This document shows positions 55,083-64,000 of a stretch of 64,000 bases of DNA, one piece after another. Position 1 is the stretch's first letter, and every line of letters starts with the position of its first letter. The position numbers were made by a program, and so were the translations under genes. The stretch comes from Octopus sinensis. Lineage: Eukaryota. The stretch covers positions 3,906,001 to 3,970,000 of the forward strand of contig NC_043015.1 in the NCBI RefSeq assembly GCF_006345805.1, given 5' to 3'. The notes beneath the pieces are model-generated. The model was not told where the DNA came from, searched no databases, and saw only the letters and a program-made list of their open reading frames with translations.

Positions 55083-56650
55083 TCACAAAATGTGTGTAGG
55101 CTTTGCTTTTATAGATGTGCGAGCGCTTTTAGTTCTTAATGTTTTCAAGCATTCAGAAATCTTATGAGATGTTTTCTTTTTAACCTTTCGGATAAGGCCG
55201 TTCTCTTCATTTATTTTATGAAGAGTGAAAATTGTAAACTTTCCTATTGCACAGGTGTCCAAATGACTGCTATGTATTACGCATCTAAGTGCGGGAAGTT
55301 TTATGTGATGTCTAGGTACATTTACACGGTTTATTAATATCGCTTTTGTTTCCCTAATATAATGTTCGTTGCATCGTGGGCATGTGACACAATATATCAC
55401 CTTCTTGCTTTTGCAGTTCATATTTACATTCACCTTTAATACTTTTCCATTCTTGAATTTTTGGGTTAGTTCCTGTTCTATTAAATCACATGTTCCTCGT
55501 GGAGGGTCTTTACATTTATTAACTTGAATCTTTTCTTCTTCTAATATGAATCTTGCTTTGGGAAGATGTTTCTTAAGATTTGGTACTTGCATTCAGCTGT
55601 TGTTTATTTGTTGTTCCTTGATTATTTGTCGGAAACATGGGGACTTGTGAACAATTGGTAGAATGCGTTTCGCTGTTTGTAGAATATTGTGGTTCTTGGG
55701 ATTTTGAGTGTTAACAATTAGGATATTTGTATGCTCATTTTCCCTATGTGTGTTTTTTCTTCTTAGTGTAGAGATTTGGATATTCTTAGTTTCAGTTGTG
55801 GATTGGTATATTAGTTTGGTGAGGTATTTCTTTGGATTTTAAGGAGCAAGTTAAGATGTGCAAGTCGTCTTTCCCTTCTATTTGTCTCCGAAACTACTGT
55901 ACTTATTCGTTTTGGCCAAAAGAAATCTAAGAAAGCTGTAGATATCCTTTTCCAAATACCCAATTACTAGTTTGGCAATTCGTCTTAAACGGTATGTTCG
56001 TTTTTGTATGGGAAGGATAGCCAGAGGTAAAGACCAAATATTAGTGTGTGTCCGTGCTTTTGTAATAGAGGTCAGCTGTTATAATCTTATTCTCTTTAAT
56101 TATTGAGATATCTAGGATGGGGAGTTCCTTTCATTCCTTTCCATAGGAAATTGGATTGATGCATGGACGCTGTTTATTATTCAAAAAAAAGTTTAAGGTC
56201 TTCTTTACGTCCGTTCTAGAAGCAGTCATCCAAGTATCTTTTCCAGGTTCCCACTACGTATGAGTGGACATTTTGGCCAAAAGAAATCTAAGAAAGCTGT
56301 AGATTTCTTTTTCCAAATACCCTATTACTAGTTTGGCAATTGTAGGTGCTACCCGAGTACATATCGCTGCCCCGTGTATTTGTAAATAGAAGTGTTTGTC
56401 AAAAAAGAACTGGTTATTTTCTAGTACTAGTTATATACCGTCAAGTATGAACTGCTTAGAGAATCTTTCTTGAATTCATTGTGGATGTTTATATCCGGAA
56501 CGTTACTGATTCTCGTTCTAAGTCATGAGGTATATTGGTGTAGAGGCTGACTACATCAAAGCTTACTAATATGGTTTCTTTGTTCATTCTTTTTGGAATG
56601 TGGTTTAGGAAATCCGTATCATCCCTAATAAAACTAGGGACCAGTTTACA
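55083..56650 (-). mobile_element. Degenerate Penelope-like element: reverse transcriptase + GIY-YIG endonuclease
   Basis: Translates as LVSFDVVSLYTNIPHD (56569-56522), YLQIHGAAICTRVAPTIAKLVIGYLE, WKRYLDDCF* (~56246-56217) and the GIY-YIG-like CKSKKVIYCVTCPRCNEHYIRET in ORF 55083..55592. There is an internal 71 bp duplication at 55910-55980 and 56271-56341. Confidence 0.9.
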
Positions 56651-56679
56651 TTAAGGTTTTAGAATTGTTCCAATGAAGT

Positions 56680-57000
56680 TGCTTGGTCTTTGTGTGCTAG
56701 AAATGATACGGATTTCATAAACCACAGCCCCCAAAAAGTGGACAAAGAAACCATATTGTGTGTCTCTGTTTGCACACCCAGCATCTCTTGATAACTAATG
56801 CTGGTGTGTTTTGATAACCGGTAGTTAGATAATTCAAGATATCTACCCCATCCAATTGTGGTGATTTTTAAGAAATCTCCTTTGGTTCTGGCAAGGTAAA
56901 AAAAGGTATCTGTCCGCTTTTGGTGGTGTATATTATTGAAAGACAGGTGCATAAGGATTTTCCTGTCACTTTTCCTAAGACTTCAAATCAGATAATATGA
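56680..57000 (+). mobile_element. Inverted, diverged Penelope RT segment
   Basis: atgatacggatttcataaaccac...gacaaagaaaccatatt (56703-56757) matches the reverse complement of 56567-56622 at about 80%. Confidence 0.6.
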
Positions 57001-57360
57001 TACTGCCCCAGGACTTCTGCTCGTGGAATGATTTACGTGAGTATATTTTTAAATATTTGAGAAATTTAATTATGGAATTTGTGTGTGACAACGTTGTTAT
57101 GTCCGCGCACATTTGTATGTATGTCTGTGTGCATGTTTGTGTGTGTGTGTGTGCGTGTGTATTTCTGCATGTGAGTGTGTGCATGAGTGTGCATGTGTGT
57201 AGAATTTTGCATTCTGTTAACAATTATGTATGGGTGTTTATAGTTACTTGTACGCTGTTGTGGGGATAATACATGTCTCTGATCGGTCGGTGGTTTTAAT
57301 TGACTGCTAACAAATTTGGTAACTGAGGTATGAGGTTACAGGAAGAGAAATAGAGGATAT

Positions 57361-57765
57361 CTTTCTCTCTTTTACTTGTTTCAGTCATTTGACTGCGGCC
57401 ATGCTGGAGCACCGCCTTTAGCCGAGCAAATCGACACCGGGACTTATTCTTTGTAAACCCAGTACTTATTATATCGGTCTCTTTTTCGCCGAACCGCTAA
57501 GTGACGGGGACGTAAACACACCAGCATCGGTTGTCAAGCAATGCTAGGGGGACAAACACAAACACACATATATATATATATACACATATACGACATGCTT
57601 CTTTCAGTTTCCGTCTACCAAATCCACTCACAAGGCATTGGTCGGCCCGAGGCTATAGCAGAAGACACTTACCCAAGATGCCACGCAGTGTGACTGAACC
57701 CGGAACCATGTGGCTGGTTAGCAAGCTACTTATCACACAGCCACTCCTGCGTCTATGGTTGTTTT
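57361..57765. mobile_element. Composite of two octopus SINEs: + copy at 57370-57560 and tRNA-headed - copy at 57590-57765
   Basis: The + copy reads tgtttcagtcatttgactgcggccatgctggagcaccgcc. The - head ggagtggctgtgtgataagtagcttgc...ggttccgggttcagtc carries A/B-box-like motifs. Confidence 0.85.
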
Positions 57766-57899
57766 AAATAAATAAGTCGTGTGTGTGTGTGTGCATTATT
57801 GAAAGTCTATATGCTTTTTTATGAGATGCATGATCCATAACTGAAAATATTTGTTACTCCCTCTAATGATCCCAGCGTGCAAAATAGAAAATAGTGTTG

Positions 57900-58450
57900 C
57901 CCAGTATTATTATTAGACAGATGCCCTGGATCAGTCACTCCGCCTCATGGAGGTCGCACATGCTGCTATTCATCTCTACACTCATAGCAAGGAACATGTA
58001 CGTAAGCTGGAGGTCTCTAGTGCCATAAGTACAACCACAGATATTTCAAATTTCTTCTTTCATTTACGAATGGTTACCGAACACATAAAAGGTTGCCGCT
58101 AGAGAAATTATAGTAGCGTTTGGCCTCCTAGATGCGTGGAAGTTCACTGACGGCATATCTCTCGGCATATGCCTCTGCCTAGCAGCTGCCATGGTCGCAA
58201 GCCTCTGGAAGACCGTGAGCAGAACAAGGGGCGTACTCCACCATCCTTCTTCCTGATAGCGAGAAGACGGACCGAAAAGGTAACTGAACCTTTTAATGAG
58301 AACCCCAAATGTGCTCTACATGTTGCGCCCAGCTTAGGCCGGAGGGGTGACAGCGAATTGTTGAGTTGAGCATCGACACCTCCACTGCTACTAGCAAGGA
58401 AATACTTTAGTGCAGAGAGGAAGTCTTTCTTATAGGCCACTGAGTTTCAG
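57900..58450. mobile_element. CRE-clade-like non-LTR retrotransposon RT remnant in two opposed pieces
   Basis: Minus strand: SSGGVD...RP and LLAIRKKDGGVRPL (~58266-58225). Plus strand: EVAHAAIH...RKLEVSSAIST (57950-58033), similar to EAAIHA...KLDFSNAFNT. Confidence 0.6.
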
Positions 58451-58599
58451 GATGTGAAATGACTTTGAAGTCTGCATGCGGCTAAAGATGTATGAGCCAG
58501 AAGGTAACGATGACCTCCTCCAAAGAGTATAAACTATGCAGGTATAGGGACTACTCTGCCAATAGCCGAGGCATTATCCTCGCTAAAACTCGTGTAACC

Positions 58600-58790
58600 T
58601 TAATGTAGTTCCCAGGGAAAATCAGCGTGACAAAGAGTGAGACGAGATTGGCCCTATGAAATACAATTACTACTCATTTTTGACAGCTGACTGAACTGGA
58701 GCGATATGAAATGAAATATCTTCCTCCAAGACACACCCCATCACTTTCCCATTGTGATCAGAATGCTCTAACCGCATAGCCCTTACGTAA
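58600..58790 (+). mobile_element. Cephalopod-type SINE fragment
   Basis: cagggaaaatcagcgtgacaaagagtgagacgagattggccctatgaaatac...actcatttttgacagctgactgaactggagc. Confidence 0.55.
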
Positions 58791-58902
58791 AGAAAAATGT
58801 AATGAAACTGAAGGCAGTGCAAGGAAAAAGGTCTGAGAAAGTCATAGATAAATATCTTGTTGAAACCCAGCTCGCACTTATGTATAGGTATCTTACCGTG
58901 AC

Positions 58903-59210
58903 GTGGAGGCGCAATGACTCAGAGGTTAGGGCAGTGGACTGACAGTCGGAGTATCGCGGTTTCGATTCCCAAACCGGGTGTTGTATGTGTTTATTGAGCG
59001 AAAACACCTAAAGCCCCACATGGTTCCGGCAGGGGATGGTGGCGACCCCTATTGTACTCTTTCGCCCCAACTTTTTCTCACTCTTTCTTCCTGTTTCTTC
59101 AGTAACGCTGCGATGGACTGGCATCCCGTCCAGCTAGGGGTAACAGATATACCATAGAAACCTGGAAACCGGGCCCATGAGCCTGGCTAGGCTTGAAGAG
59201 TGCGCATAAA
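58903..59210 (+). mobile_element. tRNA-derived SINE with V-SINE-like central motif
   Basis: A box tgactcagagg at about 58915, B box ggtttcgattccc at about 58957, internal gctgcgatggactggcatcccgtccag. Confidence 0.65.
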
Positions 59211-62200
59211 AGATCTTGCCGTGTCATTGTGTGCTGAACGTCTTGGCGTTGTCGTTGCTAGCATTGTATAGTAATGATAATGGTAGTTAGCAACAGAACA
59301 TAATGAGAAACATGATGATTGTTCAGCTGTGGTATTCTAAGGAAGCCATGAATATGTATAGCTGTACTGCGAAAACTTGTGTTATTTAATAGGACATCAA
59401 TTTCCCTAGCTTTCAAGTGTGGCCATGATTACTAGACATGTTGTTATTGTTGTTGTCTGAGCGTTACTGCTACTATGTTGTTGTTGTCTTACTGCTGCAG
59501 ATATGTTGTTATTGCTGATATTCTTTTTGGTATTGGAAAATATTTGGAGAATATACATTGATATGTATATCTCGCTCGATCACCTCACGCTGTATTTAAG
59601 CAGATCGGTGAGTTTAGAAAAAAACAAGAAAAACTCTCATGGAAGACACGTATTACTCTTAGCGGATATACGAACAGTGTTTTTTCTTGTTTTCAATAAG
59701 GATAAATTCGCACAAAAATCAAATCCGTAGAAATATACAGTCACGTATGGGCACATAATTGCTCATGCACAACAGCAAATAAATACTAATATATATTCCT
59801 CCTTCACTTATTGATATTCTGTAATGTTCGCGTATGTCTGCAAACGATGTTAAATATTTTGTGCATGCATAGAACGCAAAGGATTATTTGCACTTCGAAG
59901 TTTTGATTATTACGTTTGGATTTCATTTTCCTTCTGGATATTTACGATTTGCGTGCGTATCAGGTTTCTTTTCTGTTATCAAGTGTTATCTTTCAATAAT
60001 ACCCGCAGGTGTTGCAAATGCACTATTTGATATTTTCTAAGAAAATAGATGCTAAAAAAAAATGTTCTTGAATGTTTTCGACGTTTCCTACGTATAACGG
60101 GATCAACTGCTAAGATGAATATAAAGAAAATCTAGAGAACATAAGATTCAAACACTTTTGTTTCCCATTGCTGTATTTCAAAATTTCTTTGATGATATAT
60201 CTATATAGATTTAATTTAAATACATATTAATACTGAAAATCAAGTGATATGATTTTACGTTTATTGATCCTACACTTGGAAGAAAGTTATGAAATTATCG
60301 AGGCGTGTAGCCAGTATTATTTCCAGATGGTCTTTTCTTTTATAATTTAGGAATTATCATTTGCGTATTTTCATGTGAATATCTCCCTCTTTCAATTCTA
60401 TTACGTGCTTCAGTCACTCACATTCGGAGATATCGAGAAGTCTCACATAATTTTATGAAGGCATATCATAGAAGTTATTCGAATATTGAATAGTTTCACT
60501 TAATAGTTTCACAAATATCCAAATGCAGCCATTCGGGTGCATCACAAATATATGCATCTATGACAAAATACATTCATAAAAGTGTACTTATTCCAAAGTT
60601 AGCGATGGGAAATGTGTGTCTGAGTTGCATGTGTTCTTTTAGACGAAGGACTTTTGTACAATTTACTGTTAACTTGTAACTACAAAAACAGAAAATTACT
60701 GATAATACCGGAATGAGACTTTAACCAGTAACCAGGTGTTTTCGCTCGAAGAGACGTGGATATATTAAGACAATTAGATTTGAATATATCACACATTGAG
60801 AATATAATTTCTATTCACATTCATTTCCCTTATTTCAAGGTATATGCACTTTATATAGGGTACAAGCCCGCACACGCAAAGACAATCTAACATATCAACA
60901 TACAGAAAGACTCACACACCAAAACATTCACATATGCACACTAATAAATTCACACACACACACTCATTTCCACACACAAGCACCCTCACACAGATGCACA
61001 AATACACTTACACAACTAGGAGCACACAGACTAATGTCTCTGAGCGTGTACACAGACATGGATTTCGTTAGAAATACTATGAAGTTCATCAAATTTTAAA
61101 TCTCACCACTTTCCCCAGGCATTGCGTATGATAATTTTTATTCTCCTACGATTAACAAAGATCCAATATAGTTTGATCTTAAGACAATAATTCTTCACCT
61201 ATGTGAATTGTTGTATCATTACATATATAAAATCAATTCCAATTCCTTCCAATATATTTTATCTTTTGTATTTTGCTTGTTTCACTGCTTTGACTGCGGT
61301 TATCCTAGAACACTGCTTTGTAGATTTTTAGTCGAAGAGATCAACCATAGGACTAATTCGTTGTTTTTAAGCCTGATATATATTCTGTCAATATATGTCT
61401 ACTCTCTCTATATATATATGTGTGTGTGTACTGTTGCATCGTACTTTTCATTTCATTCTATGTTCTTATCCATTGAATATTTACAAATGTCTTACATATT
61501 AAAACTTTTGTCTCATTTTTTGAAATGGAAAATATTTGTGTGTATTCGAATCTGCAATAATTCTTGCCCATTAAAATATATCAGAATGTGTGAATATTTA
61601 AAAAATCATGCAGTTTTCGGGTAAATACAACCAGATTTAACATTTTGCAGAGGATATATTTTACCATATAGGGAAGCCCATTTCCGATGAGCAAATATTT
61701 CTAATCGTAGAAGCAGAAGTATTGTAAAACATTATCTGACACATTCGTTTACCTTTCATAGAATATTAAAATCAATGTAGTGTGCTTGCATCATTTGTTT
61801 AAACACTCTTAACTTTCCCCATCGAAGTGTCGACTATAACTTTTCTTTCAATTATCACAAGTGCTATGTGGCGAAAGTTTGAATCTAATTAATCAAAACA
61901 TTTTCTGCATTATATTGGTAAAGGGCATATTTTTCTCAGATGACCAATATATCTTCGATTAAAGGTATATGATAAATATCAACTACGGGAAGTAGTTTAC
62001 AGTATTTTCTCCAATATGTGTGTGTGTGTGTGTATGTGTGTGTATGTGTGTGTATATATGTGTGTGCGTGTGTGTGGATATATATATGTGCGTATGTATA
62101 TGTAAATATGTATGCATGCATGTATGAATATATGTGTGCATGTTCTTAGTGTATGTAATATTTCTTATATAAACGCATAAAATGCCTAACGAAATGTGTA

Positions 62201-63599
62201 TAAAATTGCAAAATGGTTATTTGAGATATCATCATTCAAATAATAGAACACTCCATTTATTCTTCTTCATGCAAAGTTTATCGATAACAAAATACTTCCC
62301 GATACATATTTCCACACAACTGATTGCTTTGAACATGTGAAATGAAGTGGAAATATATTTTAAAGTCGATGATAAATTTCCTCTACGAAATAGATTCTTA
62401 AACCTATAAAGGTTTCCATTGGCTTTGTGATATTATTTGTGAAGGATATACATATTAGAAATATGTCACACAATCCATCTTTTCGAACACCAAACATCTT
62501 AAGATGCAAACTAAACAAATTCAAGGAGAGAAATGAAAATAAACGTACAATGTTACATACATGAAACACGTATGTATGCATTTATCTGTGTGTGTTTGAA
62601 TTTCTTTGTTTATACGAATGCCTAAATATGTGCGTATGCATTCGTCACGTTTGAGTGTCGGAAACCGTCTCTGTAGGTGTGCCTATGTGTCTATAGACAC
62701 CTTGTATTGCTAGAGAGTACTGACCACTCTCAAAAATCACATTCATATATACTTGTGAAGGAATTATTCCATTTAATATGTTTCAGTACTTGATTATTTA
62801 AGTGAGTTATGGATATTGAACTTATATACGTTTTTCATAAATACAGAATTTATAGATTTTGACAGTTCAAGACTGGGTGTGAGAGCATTCTGTTATAATC
62901 ACTGCTCAGCACTTACGTATTTTCGTCTGTTATTCCAAATAGGGTCAAGGTTTTAACAAGTCATAGAGAGAGTCTTTAGCGATTTAAAAATACAACACAA
63001 AGGACTCAGTGTATATAAAGCTGTATGATACTCTCGCTTCAAAATCCTTTTGACAATAGCGTATAAAATATGTGGGGGTAGATTAGAGAACAAATATTAA
63101 ACAAGAATAAAATCAAAGATGTTTCATGCTATAGTGATATAGCGGTTCATCAAGTGTGTAATATTTTGATTTCTTTGTGTTTATAATTATACTGTCATTA
63201 TGTACCTCTTATAGACTGCAATATGCTTATCTTAAATGCTATGTGAAATAATGGATTTTGGGGCTCAGATTTAATAATGAAGTTTGAATATTCATGAGAA
63301 TTACACGTTGATGTTTAGCAGTATATGATATTTGTTACGTAACTGTAGGTTCTCAAAATTCCTCCATTCACTAAATTCAAATTGATGTATAGCAACGCGT
63401 TAACTTACGTGACAGCCTTCTCCTATTATAGGAGAAAATACCACTACGTACAATCTTGGAATGATTTTGCTGAGTTCAGCCTCGAGTAGAATATTGTTAT
63501 CTATATCGTCGCAGTAGGAACTGACAGTCGTTTTTACAGAACTTTACACAAATATAAAAACTATAATAAATACAACAAAAATAATAACAGGACACAACT

Positions 63600-63985
63600 G
63601 CAGCCGTCTTTCTACCTAGGACGAATTGAATTAAGCAGGCACGTTTGGATATGAAGACTTACGGCAGAGATACAAAATTTTCACAAACACAGGGAAGAAT
63701 ATCGATGTTGCACTGGCAACGGTCAGACCAAGAATGAAAGAACAGGCTAGGCTGACCGGCAGTCACGGGGGAGGAGAAGAGAGAGTAGTAGAGGCATAAG
63801 GACAGAATAATTAAGGAGGGGCGAGAATAAAGGACATGGACACAATGAGGTGAAAAGTGGAGGGGAAGTGAGTAAGAAGAGAAGGCGAAGAGATGTGAGA
63901 CATGGGGAACGAAAGAACGAAGAGTGGAATGAAGGAATAAGCGTGAAAGTGCTGAGAGACAGACAGAAATAGAGTTGTACAAGGT
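63600..63985 (-). mobile_element. Diverged CT-rich element, possibly a fourth subfamily of the permuted-hammerhead element; no intact ribozyme visible
   Basis: Minus-strand CT tract followed by cgtgactgccggtcagcc (63767-63750), similar to cgtgactgctggccg (5755) and cgtgaccgctagccg (44207). Confidence 0.35.
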
Positions 63986-64000
63986 TTATATATATATATA

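Noticed and set aside
58903-58975. tRNA gene
   Set aside because: It has A/B boxes but no complete cloverleaf and continues into a SINE body.

Overview
AT-rich eukaryotic non-coding DNA full of (TA)n/(TATC)n/(AAT)n microsatellites and tRNA-derived SINEs whose sequences I recall from Octopus, so a cephalopod genome is inferred. I cannot confidently identify a host protein-coding gene. Most ORFs in the track are translated microsatellites or SINEs, and only a few weak candidate exons remain. Recognisable transposon remnants: a Gypsy LTR element (RT/RNase H/integrase plus PPT and 3' LTR, 31.4-33.5 kb), a Tc1/mariner transposase (45.5-46.6 kb), a Penelope-like element (RT + GIY-YIG, 55.1-56.6 kb), a CRE-like non-LTR RT (57.9-58.4 kb) and several fold-back/MITE elements. 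Main finding: a ~600-780 bp CT-rich non-coding element occurs in 5 copies from 3 diverged subfamilies, 4 of them as two head-to-tail pairs. Each copy carries the three catalytic strands of a hammerhead ribozyme in a non-circularly permuted order: (stem III'-NUH-stem I') then (stem II'-GAAA-stem III) then (stem I-CUGANGA). Stems I and III and flanking helices show compensatory changes between subfamilies. Two further minimal type I hammerhead-like motifs sit in Penelope-like termini, one with a G3:C8 swap of the catalytic core pair.
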